Of a stretch of DNA of 64,000 bases, positions 9,672 to 20,396 are shown piece by piece. Made by a program: the position numbers and the translations under genes. Position 1 is the stretch's first letter, and every line of letters begins with the position of its first letter. The stretch spans positions 2,240,001 through 2,304,000 of the forward strand of contig OZ245365.1 of assembly GCA_965226495.1 (NCBI GenBank). The letters are read 5' to 3'. The stretch comes from Candidatus Marinacidobacterales bacterium. Lineage in GTDB: Bacteria; Acidobacteriota; Vicinamibacteria; Marinacidobacterales; DATDRI01. The notes under the pieces were generated by a model. That model was not told the origin of the DNA. It saw only the letters and a list, made by a program, of their open reading frames with translations, and did not search any database.

Positions 9672-10372
9672 AAAGCACTCCGCTTGTAGACCCGCTGCTC
9701 TCGGTGATCATGCCCGTTTACAACGAACGGGAGACCATTGAAGAGATCGTCACTCGGGTACTCGCCGTGCCCATTCGAGTCGAGCTCGTCGTCGTCGACG
9801 ACGGCTCTACCGATGGGTCGCGCGACATCCTGAACAAGCTCGCCGGCGAGCGAAACTTCAAGCTCCTTCTGCAGGAGAAAAACCAGGGGAAGGGCGCGGC
9901 GGTTAGGAGAGGGTTCGCGGAAGCGACCGGAGACATCTTCGTCATCCAGGATGCCGATTTGGAATACTCTCCGGAGGAATATCCGCAGCTCATCGAGCTC
10001 ATCGTGCGGGGCAAGGCCGATGCGGTCTACGGTTCACGCTTCTTGGGCCGACACCGGGCGTTTCTCTTCACCCACTACGTGGGAAACCGCTTTCTGACGT
10101 TCGTGACCAATGTCCTCTACAATACGATTCTCACCGACATGGAGACTTGCTTCAAGGCCATCCGGGCCGACAAGGTTCGTCAGATGACACTCCGCTCGGA
10201 CCGATTCGGCATTGAGCCCGAGATCACGGCGAAGCTCTTCAAGATCGGTTGCCGCGTTTACGAAGTGCCTATTACGTACGAGGGCCGGGGCTACGAGGAA
10301 GGGAAGAAGATCTCGTGGAAGGATGGCGTCGAGGCCCTATGGGTGCTTCTGAAGTACCGTGTGGTAGATTAG
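9668..10372 (+). CDS. Glycosyltransferase family 2 (DPM1/polyprenol-phosphate sugar synthase-like)
   Basis: [39 protein letters not shown]; GTG overlaps the galE stop. Confidence 0.93.
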   Translation: MKSTPLVDPLLSVIMPVYNERETIEEIVTRVLAVPIRVELVVVDDGSTDGSRDILNKLAGERNFKLLLQEKNQGKGAAVRRGFAEATGDIFVIQDADLEYSPEEYPQLIELIVRGKADAVYGSRFLGRHRAFLFTHYVGNRFLTFVTNVLYNTILTDMETCFKAIRADKVRQMTLRSDRFGIEPEITAKLFKIGCRVYEVPITYEGRGYEEGKKISWKDGVEALWVLLKYRVVD

Positions 10373-10471
10373 ATTCCTCCGTTGAGACCCCCGCCGCCTG
10401 CCCCAGCGGAGGGTTCAGAAGATTCCGAGAGAAGACTCTGATAAAATGTTTTGTTTGAGTGAGTTTCATCG

Positions 10472-12271
10472 ATGAATGAACTTCGTCGTCTGTTCCGGCA
10501 GGCACGCCCCTATCGGGGCCGATTCCTCCTCGCTTGCGGGGCGATGATCGGGTTCGCCATTTCCTCCGCCGGCCTGGCCTACCTCATCAAGCCCATTTTC
10601 GACGATGTTCTGATTCAGCAGGTCAACCTCGAACAGGTGGCCTTGGCGATCATCGCGCTCTATGTGGGGAAGGGATTGTTCTCGTACTTCTCTACGTACC
10701 TCATGAGCTACGTTGGCCAGCGCACGGTGATGGATCTCAGAAACCGTCTTTACCGACATATGCTCCGCCAATCGGTGGATTTTTTCTCCGCGAAGTCCAC
10801 CGGGACGCTCATGAGTCACATCACCACCGACGTCGAGAAGATTCAGCAGTCGGTCTCCCAGGCAGTCGGTGATTTGATGATGCAAGGGTTCGCCGTCGTG
10901 GGATATGGCGCGCTCCTGTTTTATTACGACTGGCGTCTTGCGGCCCTGTCTCTCTTGGGGGCGCCGCTGGTGATCTACCCCCTTGTGCGCCTCGGGCGTC
11001 GCTTGCGGAAGACCAGCGACACCGGGCTCCTACGTTGGCGCGACATATCCAACATCCTGCAGGAGACGATATCCGGCAGCCGCATCGTCAAGGCGTTTCG
11101 GATGGAAGAGTTCGAGTCGAGGCGATTCGCTGGAGCGAGTGAGCGTCTCTTCAAGACGAACATGCACATCACGGAAATCGTATCTCTTCTACCGCCGCTC
11201 ATGGAGCTGGTAGGCGGAGTCGCCGTCGCCGGGGCCATTTGGTACGGGAGCGCGATGATATCGCTCGGGGAGCTGACGCCTGGCGAGTTCACCTCGTTCG
11301 TGGCAGCCCTTTTTCTGATGTACGGGCCGATCAAGAAGCTGTCCCGCGTGAACGCTACCTTTCAGCAATCTCTCGCCGCCGCGGAGCGTGTCTTTTCAGT
11401 CCTCGATACTCATATGGAGATCGAGGAGGTACCCGGTGCGGTGGAGCTCCCAGCCCTTCAGAACAAGATCGAGTACGTCGGCGTTAGCTTCACCTACGGA
11501 GACGGCGTCGAGCAAGTCCTTCGCAACATCGACCTGCAGATCAAAGCTGGCCAGGTCATCGCCTTGGTCGGGACGAGCGGAGCAGGAAAGACGACTCTCG
11601 CCAACTTGATGCCGCGATTCTTCGATCCGGAGGAAGGGTCGATCTTGTGGGATGGTATCGATATTCGTGAGGCGACGCTTTCGTCGTTGCGCGGACAGAT
11701 CGGTTTAGTCCTTCAGGAAACCATCTTGTTCAACGATACCGTACGAAACAACATCGCCTACGGAGTCGAGTCGACCTCAATGGAAGCCATCAGGGACGCG
11801 GCGCAGGCGGCATGGGCGCTCGAATTCATCGAAGAGCTTCCGAATGGCTTCGACAGCATGGTCGGAGAGCGCGGACAGAAACTGTCTGGCGGACAGCGTC
11901 AACGGTTATCGATCGCCCGCGCGATCCTGAAGAACCCGCCCTTGCTCATTCTGGACGAAGCAACGAGCTCGTTGGACGCCGAATCAGAGGCGTTGGTGCA
12001 ACAAGCGATCGAGAACTTGATGGCCAACCGCACCACCGTCGTCATCGCCCACCGTCTGTCGACGATAAGACGCGCCGATCGAATTGTAGTCATCGAGGAG
12101 GGAACGGTGAGAGAGACCGGGACGCACGATGAGCTACTTCGCCGGGCGGACAGCGTCTACCGGCGACTCTACCAGCTCCAGTTCGCGGGAGGCGATCCTG
12201 TCATCTTGGATGTTCCGCCTACCCATGGTGAGGACGTCACCACATCAAGCAAAGGAGAGGTCGTACAGTGA
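10472..12271 (+). CDS. msbA: MsbA-like ABC exporter (fused TMD + NBD)
   Basis: Six-TM domain, Walker A GTSGAGKT, LSGGQRQR, ILDEATS, IAHRLST. Confidence 0.85.
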   Translation: MNELRRLFRQARPYRGRFLLACGAMIGFAISSAGLAYLIKPIFDDVLIQQVNLEQVALAIIALYVGKGLFSYFSTYLMSYVGQRTVMDLRNRLYRHMLRQSVDFFSAKSTGTLMSHITTDVEKIQQSVSQAVGDLMMQGFAVVGYGALLFYYDWRLAALSLLGAPLVIYPLVRLGRRLRKTSDTGLLRWRDISNILQETISGSRIVKAFRMEEFESRRFAGASERLFKTNMHITEIVSLLPPLMELVGGVAVAGAIWYGSAMISLGELTPGEFTSFVAALFLMYGPIKKLSRVNATFQQSLAAAERVFSVLDTHMEIEEVPGAVELPALQNKIEYVGVSFTYGDGVEQVLRNIDLQIKAGQVIALVGTSGAGKTTLANLMPRFFDPEEGSILWDGIDIREATLSSLRGQIGLVLQETILFNDTVRNNIAYGVESTSMEAIRDAAQAAWALEFIEELPNGFDSMVGERGQKLSGGQRQRLSIARAILKNPPLLILDEATSSLDAESEALVQQAIENLMANRTTVVIAHRLSTIRRADRIVVIEEGTVRETGTHDELLRRADSVYRRLYQLQFAGGDPVILDVPPTHGEDVTTSSKGEVVQ

Positions 12272-13146
12272 TTCGAAGCATGACCGGATTCGCCAGGGGG
12301 CAGTCGGAGAGCGATTCGTATCTCGCCGAGGTAGAGTTACGCTCGGTGAATCATCGTTACCAAGATGTTCGTGTCCGCGTTCCGTCCAGCCTAGCCTGTT
12401 TGGAGAGCAAGATCCGCAGGGAGGTGTCCTCTCGTGTCAAACGCGGGAAGGTAGATATCTCTGTGCGATTGAAGCCAAAGGAAGATAGCACCTACCAACT
12501 GGAGCTCGACCGGCCGCTTATCGAAGACTTCGTGAAGGTTGCTCGGGATCTGGGGCGGGAGCTGGGTGTTGGCGGCGAGCTGGCACTGTCCGACCTGGTC
12601 GGATTTCATCCCGGTTTCAGTGTCAAGGAACGAGACTTGTCGAGCGGTGACGGGGCTTGGAAGGCCTTGGAACCGGCCTTGCAGCAGGCACTCGATGAGT
12701 ACGATCGGATGAGCCGAACCGAGGGACAAGAGCTCGCGTCGGACATCGATGGGCGCGTCCACATCATCGTCGAGCACATCGACGCAATCGAACGCCTTTC
12801 TGCTTCCAGCAAAGAGAAAAAGCGCCAGGAGATCCTGGACCGCATCAAGGAGCTCAATGGGACCGGCATCGAGCCCTCGGCCTTGGCGATTGAAGTGGCG
12901 CGGTTGGTGGAACGCAGCGATATCACCGAAGAGATCACACGTTTCCGTAGCCACATCGCCTTGTGGCGGGAGACCGTGGGCGCGGAAGGGCCTTGTGGGA
13001 AAAAGCTCGATTTCATCATTCAGGAGATGAATCGAGAAGTGAATACCATCGGCTCGAAATGTCAGGATGCCGCCATCACGGAGAGCGTGATCGCCACCAA
13101 ATCCGAGCTGGAACGCATCAGAGAACAGGTTCAGAATATCGAGTGA
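12268..13146 (+). CDS. yicC: YicC/YloC family endoribonuclease
   Basis: MIRSMTGF, RSVNHRY, DITEEITR, GKKLDFIIQEMNREVNTIGSK, REQVQNIE. Confidence 0.95.
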   Translation: MIRSMTGFARGQSESDSYLAEVELRSVNHRYQDVRVRVPSSLACLESKIRREVSSRVKRGKVDISVRLKPKEDSTYQLELDRPLIEDFVKVARDLGRELGVGGELALSDLVGFHPGFSVKERDLSSGDGAWKALEPALQQALDEYDRMSRTEGQELASDIDGRVHIIVEHIDAIERLSASSKEKKRQEILDRIKELNGTGIEPSALAIEVARLVERSDITEEITRFRSHIALWRETVGAEGPCGKKLDFIIQEMNREVNTIGSKCQDAAITESVIATKSELERIREQVQNIE

Positions 13147-13760
13147 GCAAACGACGTGGCAGTCTCTTGGTCATCTCCGCCCCCTCCGGGTCGGGAAAGA
13201 CGACCTTGGTGCGCCCGCTTGTCGCGGATGTCGAAGGGCTGGAGTTTTCCATTTCCTACACGACTCGTTCCCCCCGCGCGTCGGAAAAAGACGGTGTGGA
13301 CTACCATTTCGCTTCGGAGAACGAGTTTCGGTCGAAAATCGAGGCAAACGGCCTCCTCGAATGGGCCGAGGTTCACGAAAGGCTCTACGGAACGGGGCGT
13401 ACCGAAACGGAAGCCGTTCTTGACCGAGGGGTCGATGTCGTCCTGGATATCGATGTCCAGGGCGCGGCGCAGGTTCAGCAATCCATGCCCGACGCGGTGC
13501 TCATTTTCATACTCCCACCGTCTTTTGACGTCCTCGAACAACGGTTGAGGGACCGGCGGCAGAACGAAGGGGCCGATATCGAGCGCCGGTTGACGGTCGC
13601 TCGACGTGAGGTTTCGCAATATCGAAATTATGACTATGCTGTAGTCAACGATGAAATCGATCGGTGCGCCGGACTCCTCCGGTCCATCGTTCTAGCGGAG
13701 CGGGCGCGGCGCCAGCGGATGGAGCCTATCGTGCGTTCCATCCTGGATACTTTTGAATGA
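13143..13760 (+). CDS. gmk: Guanylate kinase
   Basis: SAPSGSGKTT, SYTTRSPR, DGVDYHF, LDIDVQGA; GTG overlaps the yicC stop. Confidence 0.97.
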   Translation: MSKRRGSLLVISAPSGSGKTTLVRPLVADVEGLEFSISYTTRSPRASEKDGVDYHFASENEFRSKIEANGLLEWAEVHERLYGTGRTETEAVLDRGVDVVLDIDVQGAAQVQQSMPDAVLIFILPPSFDVLEQRLRDRRQNEGADIERRLTVARREVSQYRNYDYAVVNDEIDRCAGLLRSIVLAERARRQRMEPIVRSILDTFE

Positions 13761-14971
13761 GTGCCAACAAGAAGATCGTCCTAGGGGTCACGGGCTGCAT
13801 CGGGGCCTACAAGGCCGCGGAGGTCGTCCGAGGCTTGAAGAAGGACGGCTTAGCGGTACAGGTGATCATGACCGCGGGTGCTCGGGAGTTCATCACGCCG
13901 CTTACGTTGGAGACGCTTTCGGAGGAGCCGGTGATCTGCGAGCTCTTCGGTCAGGAGCGAGAGGAAGGGATCCGTCACATCTCGCTCACCGAAGAGTGCG
14001 AGCTACTCCTGATTGCTCCCGCAACTGCCAACATCCTGGCGAAGCTGGCCCACGGAATCGCCGACGATTTCCTGAGCACCTTCGCTCTGGCCAACCGGGC
14101 TCCGGTGATGATGGCGCCAGCAATGAACACCCAAATGCTGTCCCATCCCGCGGTGCAGGCGAACATCGCGACCTTACGCGAAAGAGGCGTCGATTTCATC
14201 GAGCCGGGAGAAGGATGGTTGGCCTGTGGCTGGCTCGGGAAGGGAAGGCTGGCCGAACCGGACGAAATCGTGGCGCGGGTGAAAGACCAGCTTTCCGGCC
14301 GGTCCAAAAAAAAGTCTAGCCTAGCCGGGCAAACGGTGCTGGTCAGCGCCGGCCCTACCGCAGAGCCCATCGATCCGGTCCGCGTGCTCACGAATCACTC
14401 TAGCGGAAAGATGGGTTACCGAATCGCCGAGGCGGCCCGCGATCGCGGCGCTCGTGTCGTGCTGGTGAGCGGACCGACCGCGCTGCCAGATCCACGCGGT
14501 GTGGACATCGTGCGCGTGGAAACGGCGGACCAGATGAAAGAGGCCATGCTCGCGCGACTGAACGAGGCGACGGTGGTGGTTATGGCCGCCGCGGTTGCCG
14601 ACTACCGGCCGGAGACGGAAGAAAAGTCCAAGATAAAGAAGAAGCCGGGTCCCCAAACCCTGAAGCTCGTCCGCACCGATGACATACTCATGGAGATCGG
14701 CCGTCGGCGCTCTTCCAAGCAAACGTTGGTTGGTTTTGCCGCGGAGACCGAGGACCTCGAGGCGCGTGCCCGAGAGAAGCTGTCGAAAAAGAAGCTCGAC
14801 CTTGTCGTCGCGAATGATGTCACGCGGAACGGTGCCGGCTTCGGAACGGATACTAACCAAGTGATTCTCCTCGCCAAGCAGGGTGCCGCCGAGGAGTTGC
14901 CCCTTTTGAGCAAGCGGGAAGTCGCGGAACGAATTCTCGACCGCATCGAGGGCATGCGTGAACGCGGATAG
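13757..14971 (+). CDS. coaBC: Phosphopantothenoylcysteine decarboxylase/ligase CoaBC
   Basis: APATAN, PAMNTQM, AGPTAEPIDPVR, NHSSGKMG, AAAVADY, VGFAAET. Confidence 0.97.
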   Translation: MSANKKIVLGVTGCIGAYKAAEVVRGLKKDGLAVQVIMTAGAREFITPLTLETLSEEPVICELFGQEREEGIRHISLTEECELLLIAPATANILAKLAHGIADDFLSTFALANRAPVMMAPAMNTQMLSHPAVQANIATLRERGVDFIEPGEGWLACGWLGKGRLAEPDEIVARVKDQLSGRSKKKSSLAGQTVLVSAGPTAEPIDPVRVLTNHSSGKMGYRIAEAARDRGARVVLVSGPTALPDPRGVDIVRVETADQMKEAMLARLNEATVVVMAAAVADYRPETEEKSKIKKKPGPQTLKLVRTDDILMEIGRRRSSKQTLVGFAAETEDLEARAREKLSKKKLDLVVANDVTRNGAGFGTDTNQVILLAKQGAAEELPLLSKREVAERILDRIEGMRERG

Positions 14972-15656
14972 CGGCAGACTCAAGGCAGAGTTGGCCGAGC
15001 AGATTCGCGAGCGCCTTCGCTATTACTCTTCGATTACGTCCATCGGTTTGCGGCCCGTCTCCGTCTCCGAGACCCCGGCAGCTACCGAGGTGTCGCAAGC
15101 TGCGGAGGCCTTGGATGCGATCCGCGAGGACCTCGGCGACTGCACCCGTTGCAAGTTACACAAGGGACGCCAAAATTTAGTCTTTGGCGTGGGGAATCCC
15201 AAGGCCGATCTCATGTTCATCGGTGAAGGCCCCGGCTACGAAGAAGATCGACAAGGGCTCCCCTTCGTGGGTCCCTCGGGTCAGTTGCTGACCAAGATCA
15301 TCGAAGCGATCCAGCTCACACGTGAAGAAGTCTACATCGCCAACATCGTGAAGTGCCGTCCTCCAAGTAATCGAGATCCTGAGCCCGAAGAGATTGCGGC
15401 TTGCCGGCCGTTTCTGGAAAGACAGGTGAGCTCCATCAAGCCCAGAGTTATCTGCACACTCGGCCGGGTTGCCACCCAAGCCATGCTCTCCACCGAGAAA
15501 GCGTTGGGGCGAGTTCGCGGCCAAGTTTTTTCGTTCGGCGACGTGGCACTCGTGCCCACTTACCATCCGGCATATCTTCTCCGCGATCCTTCAAAGAAGA
15601 AAGATTGTTGGGAGGACATGAAGCTCATTCGAGCCTTGCTCGATGAGCGACGCTAG
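14958..15656 (+). CDS. Uracil-DNA glycosylase family 4 (4Fe-4S)
   Basis: CTRCKL, GEGPG, VKCRPP, TYHPAYLLR. Confidence 0.95.
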   Translation: MNADSGRLKAELAEQIRERLRYYSSITSIGLRPVSVSETPAATEVSQAAEALDAIREDLGDCTRCKLHKGRQNLVFGVGNPKADLMFIGEGPGYEEDRQGLPFVGPSGQLLTKIIEAIQLTREEVYIANIVKCRPPSNRDPEPEEIAACRPFLERQVSSIKPRVICTLGRVATQAMLSTEKALGRVRGQVFSFGDVALVPTYHPAYLLRDPSKKKDCWEDMKLIRALLDERR

Positions 15657-18087
15657 CGATTCTTCATTCCCGCGCTACGCCCGGGTGGCGCTTCCGTTAC
15701 CCCTTCAGCAAACCTTTTCCTATGGAGTGCCGCGTACCCTGAGCCATCTCGCGCCGGGTTGTCGGGTGAAGGTGCGCTTCGGCCCTCGGGTTCTGATCGG
15801 CTGTGTTATTCAAATCGAAGACCAACCACCGGCGCTGCCTGCGGGTACGAGGATCTTGCCGGTTCTTTCGTCATTGGACCCGGAGCCGGTCGTTGCGAAG
15901 GAGCTCCTTGCGTTAGGGGAGTGGATCGCGGAGTACTACCTCGCTCCGCCCGGCGAGGTGTTACGGGCTGTCCTACCGCCGGAAACTGGACGGGCGGGAA
16001 GCGTTCATTATCGCCGAACCGAGAAGGCCCGCCAGGCCAAGCTCAAGGCCGGCAGTTTGAGAGAACGCGTCCTCCTCGCCCTCGAAAAGCCCATGGCATC
16101 CCGTGCCCTCTCCCGTGCGGTGGGAAGCCCGCGGGTCGGTGCACCTCTACGGTTTCTGGTCGACGAAGGATACGTCGAACGCCTCGAGAAGAACCCGTCT
16201 GGAGGAATTCCGCAAGTTTGGGCGGCGTCGATTACCAAGGAGGGTCGTCAGGCCCTCGAGTCGGAAACCCTTAAGCTTACCAGTTCCCGCGTTCTAACAC
16301 TTCTGGCGACCGCCACAGATCCCGTGCCGCTTCGTACAATACGGAGTGAGCTGGGATTGAAACACGATCCGTGTCGAGCCCTTACCAAACGTGGCTACAT
16401 CGAGCTCATGAAGCAGCGGGCGGCGCCGCAAAGTCCCTGGGGGCGTCTAAACGCTGTCGATGAGGGGCCGCTCACTCCAACCGCAGATCAAACGCGCGTG
16501 ATTTCCGAGATCGAACAATCAATGTCTCTCGGCCAATTCTCGGTCATGGTTTTGCACGGGGTCACTGGAAGCGGGAAGACGGAAGTTTATCTTCGCGCGG
16601 TAGAGTCGGCCCTAGCGGCCGGACGAACGGCGCTGCTGTTGGTCCCTGAAATTGCGTTGACACCGCGACTTGCAGGCCTTTTGCAGCAACGGTTTCAGTC
16701 CAAGGTCGCTATTTTGCACAGCGGGCTCGGAAGTGGTGAAAGGAGGGACGAGTGGTGGCGAATACGTAACGGTGAAGCCCGCGTTGTCGTCGGTGCGCGC
16801 GCAGCGGTTCTCGCGCCTCTCGAAAAAATTGGTCTGGTGGTGGTGGACGAGGAACAGGAGGGCTCCTACAAGCAAGAGGAGGCGCCTCGCTACAACGCGC
16901 GAGACGTCGCGATCAAGCGTGCCCAGGATGCGGGTGCGGTGATCGTTTTGGGCTCTGCGACACCGTCTTTGGAGTCCTACACGCACGCGCTCCAAGGCCG
17001 CTACCGTCTCGCGACGCTGCCCGAGCGTGTCGGCGGCCGTCCTCTAGCGCGGGTCGAGCTCATCGATATGAAAGACGTCGTCCGCGCGGAAGGCCCCGAG
17101 ACCATCCTCTCGGACCCTCTTCGCACCGCAATCGAGAATCGCCTAGCGGCCGGGGAGCAAGCTCTCATTCTTCTCAATCGTCGGGGATACGCAACACAGC
17201 TCGTTTGTCGAGAGTGCGGTCTTGCTGCTAACTGCAGCGAGTGCAGCGTCGCGCTGACGCTTCATGAGCGAGGTTCTCTGGCCGTTTGTCACTATTGCGG
17301 CTTGGGACGTGCGACACCGAAGCAGTGTGATATGTGCCGGGGTGAGTATCTCCGCCGGCGAGGTTACGGAACGGAAAAGGTGGAGGAGCTACTTAAGCAG
17401 GTTTTTCCGAAGATCCGCGCCTCACGCATGGACCGCGACACGATGCGCCGTAAGGGGAGTTACGAGTCTCTACTTTCGCGATTCGCGGGTGGTGAGATAG
17501 ATCTACTCGTCGGAACGCAGATGCTGGCCAAAGGCCACGATTTCCCGGCGGTCACGCTGGTCGGCGTCCTGGCGGCCGACGTCGGCCTTGGAGTTCCTGA
17601 CTTCCGCGCCGCGGAAAGGACGTTTCAACTCCTCACACAGGTGGCCGGTCGCGCGGGCCGAGGCAAGAAGGCGGGGGAGGTACTGATCCAAACATTCTCC
17701 CCGGATCACTACGCTCTACGCCACGCGAGCGCCCAAGACTACAAAGGGTTCTATGAGGAAGAGATGGCTTTCCGTCGTGCGCTCCATTACCCGCCGGGCA
17801 TCTACATCATTAATATCGTTCTAGAAGCCGAGGTTATGGCGGTAGCCACGAGACGAGCCCGACGCGTTGCCCAGGCGCTCAATCGCGCCAATCTGCCTGG
17901 CGTCGACGTGCTGGGGCCGGCTTTTGCCGCTCGTTCCAAAGTCGCGGGCCGCCACCGCTGTCAGATCTTGCTGAAGGTGCCCCGAGCGCAGCACCGGGAG
18001 GTACGCCGCCGTCTTCGCGCGATGGTTCAGGATCCCGATCTCTCGAAACACGTGGTGGTCGACGTGGATCCGATGACACTTTCCTAG
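15643..18087 (+). CDS. priA: Primosomal protein N' (replication restart helicase)
   Basis: HGVTGSGKTEVY, PEIALT, DEEQ, two Cys4 Zn clusters, GTQMLAKGHDF, QVAGRAGR. Confidence 0.97.
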   Translation: MSDASDSSFPRYARVALPLPLQQTFSYGVPRTLSHLAPGCRVKVRFGPRVLIGCVIQIEDQPPALPAGTRILPVLSSLDPEPVVAKELLALGEWIAEYYLAPPGEVLRAVLPPETGRAGSVHYRRTEKARQAKLKAGSLRERVLLALEKPMASRALSRAVGSPRVGAPLRFLVDEGYVERLEKNPSGGIPQVWAASITKEGRQALESETLKLTSSRVLTLLATATDPVPLRTIRSELGLKHDPCRALTKRGYIELMKQRAAPQSPWGRLNAVDEGPLTPTADQTRVISEIEQSMSLGQFSVMVLHGVTGSGKTEVYLRAVESALAAGRTALLLVPEIALTPRLAGLLQQRFQSKVAILHSGLGSGERRDEWWRIRNGEARVVVGARAAVLAPLEKIGLVVVDEEQEGSYKQEEAPRYNARDVAIKRAQDAGAVIVLGSATPSLESYTHALQGRYRLATLPERVGGRPLARVELIDMKDVVRAEGPETILSDPLRTAIENRLAAGEQALILLNRRGYATQLVCRECGLAANCSECSVALTLHERGSLAVCHYCGLGRATPKQCDMCRGEYLRRRGYGTEKVEELLKQVFPKIRASRMDRDTMRRKGSYESLLSRFAGGEIDLLVGTQMLAKGHDFPAVTLVGVLAADVGLGVPDFRAAERTFQLLTQVAGRAGRGKKAGEVLIQTFSPDHYALRHASAQDYKGFYEEEMAFRRALHYPPGIYIINIVLEAEVMAVATRRARRVAQALNRANLPGVDVLGPAFAARSKVAGRHRCQILLKVPRAQHREVRRRLRAMVQDPDLSKHVVVDVDPMTLS

Positions 18088-18157
18088 TCCCCGCATGCGC
18101 CGGGGGTTTGCGGAACGACCTGGTGTCTCGTATGATGAAGTTCCACTCCAAAATCCA

Positions 18158-20242
18158 ATGGTAGAACATTTTTCGAAGCGGGAGAGTTTCCTGCGCGCAA
18201 GGGTCGGGCTTGTACTTGCCGTCTTCGGCTTCGCGGTCATAGCAGCTTGTTCTCGCGGCCCCAATGCGGACGCGGTCAGCGTGGTGCTTGTGACCGTCGA
18301 CACTCTACGCGCCGATCACTTGGGTAGTTACGGAGGCGGGAACCCGACTCCGAACTTGGATCGGTTGGCGAGAGGAGGGTGCGTCTTCTTGGACGCCACC
18401 GCGCACAGCCCTCTCACCCTACCGTCGCATGCCTCCATCCTTACCGGAACGACCCCGCTTTATCACGGCATCAAAGACAACGGACGCTACGCGCTGCTCG
18501 AGGAGTTCGAAACCCTGGCGGAGATGCTCAAGAAAAGTGGCTACACCACCGCTGCGTTCGTCGGCGGCTATCCGGTTCATTCGCGCTTCGGATTGAGCCA
18601 GGGTTTCGATACCTACGACGACAGCCAATTGAGAGTGCGCGGCGAGAGAGAGGCCGATGAGGTTGTGACCGCGGCCCGTGATTGGTTGGATCGGCAAAAG
18701 GGCGGCCCCTTCTTTCTCTGGGTTCATCTCTTCGACCCTCATTCGCCTTACAAACCGCCAGAGACTTTGGGCGAACAGTACGCCGAAAGTTATGGCGGGG
18801 AAGTCGCTTACGTGGACGATGCACTGGAACGGCTTTTCTCATCGCTCGGGGACAATGTCCTCACGGTGTTCACGTCGGATCACGGAGAGGGTTTAGGCGA
18901 GCACGGAGAGGACAATCACGCTTTGTTCATCTACGACAGCACTCTCAGAGTCCCGCTGATCTTTGAAGGCCCGGGGGTTCCGCGCGGGGCGGTCCTTAAA
19001 GAACAGACGAGAAGTATCGATATCGTGCCCACGATCTTGGATCTGGTGGACCAGCTGGACCTGTGCTCCGCGTGTCAGGGCACGAGCTTGGTGCCTTTGA
19101 TGCAGGGCGGTGAGTTCACGCCGGTGACGTCCTACGCAGAGACGTTTTTTCCCCGTTTGAACTTCGGCTGGAGCGAGCTGCGGAGCGTCAGACGTGAAGG
19201 CTGGAAATATATCGCAGCCCCCGAGCCGGAGCTCTATGATTTGAACGCCGACCCGAAAGAGCTTGAGAACCTGGCGATGAGTGAGCCGGACCGGCTCCAA
19301 GAATTTGCCCGAGCGATCGCCGCGATCGAAGAGAAAGAGACCGGCCCCATCGAGGTCTCGCCGACCACGCCCGACCAAGAAACAGTCGGCCTTCTACGCA
19401 GTCTGGGATACGTGAGCTCTGGAAAATCTTCCAACGAGGAAGGACCGCTTCCCGATCCCAAGAGTCGCATCGGCTTGTGGCGGGGTTTCATACGAGGCGT
19501 GGAGCATTCGGACGCGGGGAGGTTTGACGACGCCATTCGAGAGCTGGAAGGGGTTCTCAAAGAGGATAGTGGGATGCTTGCCGCCCGGGGCTATCTCGCA
19601 GAAGCGCATTTCAATCGTGGCGACTATGAAGCGTCCGCAGCCGAGAGCCGAGAATACCTCGTGAGGGATCCCAGCGACTTTCAGTCGACTTACCTGTTGG
19701 CCGAGGCGGATCTGCGTTTAGGGCGGGTGCATGAAGCCGTCAACGGATTCGAGAATGCAGCTCGTCTCGATCCGACTTCGGCGGGTCCGTTGGCGAGGCT
19801 CGCCAACTTGTATCTTCGAGAAGGGAAGGATGCCAAGGCGCGAGAGCTCATCGACTCCGGCCTGGAGCGTGATCCTCGTAATGCCCTAGCCCTCTTCGTG
19901 CACGGGAAGCTTCTCCTGAAGGCTGGAAGGAGCGAGGAAGCGGAGAGAGCGTTCCGTGATTCTCTGGCTGCTGATCCAAGCGAGCTGGCCGTTCGACTGC
20001 AGCTCGCGAACCTTCTTCTTGATCAAAATCGCGCCGCCGAGGCGGAGGGCATCCTAGCCAAGGGCGTGGTGCAACAGCCGGACAATCCGTGGCTCCATTT
20101 CGCGCTCGGGAGGGCTCAGGCCGCCTCGGGGCAAGACGAGAAAGCCGCACAAGCTTTCCGAATGTCCCTCGAGCTGAATCCCAATCAGCCGGAGCTCAAG
20201 AGGTTTCTCGAGCAGTACGACGCCCAGAAGGGTGAGCGCTAG
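18158..20242 (+). CDS. Sulfatase-like (alkaline phosphatase superfamily) hydrolase with C-terminal TPR repeats, probable lipoprotein
   Basis: TVDTLRADH, PLTLPSHASILTG, HLFDPHSPY, TSDHGE, then TPR-like helices; IAAC lipobox-like. The start is uncertain (18095 possible). Confidence 0.88.
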   Translation: MVEHFSKRESFLRARVGLVLAVFGFAVIAACSRGPNADAVSVVLVTVDTLRADHLGSYGGGNPTPNLDRLARGGCVFLDATAHSPLTLPSHASILTGTTPLYHGIKDNGRYALLEEFETLAEMLKKSGYTTAAFVGGYPVHSRFGLSQGFDTYDDSQLRVRGEREADEVVTAARDWLDRQKGGPFFLWVHLFDPHSPYKPPETLGEQYAESYGGEVAYVDDALERLFSSLGDNVLTVFTSDHGEGLGEHGEDNHALFIYDSTLRVPLIFEGPGVPRGAVLKEQTRSIDIVPTILDLVDQLDLCSACQGTSLVPLMQGGEFTPVTSYAETFFPRLNFGWSELRSVRREGWKYIAAPEPELYDLNADPKELENLAMSEPDRLQEFARAIAAIEEKETGPIEVSPTTPDQETVGLLRSLGYVSSGKSSNEEGPLPDPKSRIGLWRGFIRGVEHSDAGRFDDAIRELEGVLKEDSGMLAARGYLAEAHFNRGDYEASAAESREYLVRDPSDFQSTYLLAEADLRLGRVHEAVNGFENAARLDPTSAGPLARLANLYLREGKDAKARELIDSGLERDPRNALALFVHGKLLLKAGRSEEAERAFRDSLAADPSELAVRLQLANLLLDQNRAAEAEGILAKGVVQQPDNPWLHFALGRAQAASGQDEKAAQAFRMSLELNPNQPELKRFLEQYDAQKGER

Positions 20243-20396
20243 GCCTGACCGGCAATGTGAGGAGGGGCGCCTCCTGGGCTTCCTCGCCTGTCACCCGCAG
20301 CCGAACTATCCCGGCGAAGAGTCCAAACACAAACCGGCTCTTGGTATCGGTCTCCGCGATATAGAACCCGGAGAGCAGGCCAAAAGGGGAGGCGAC

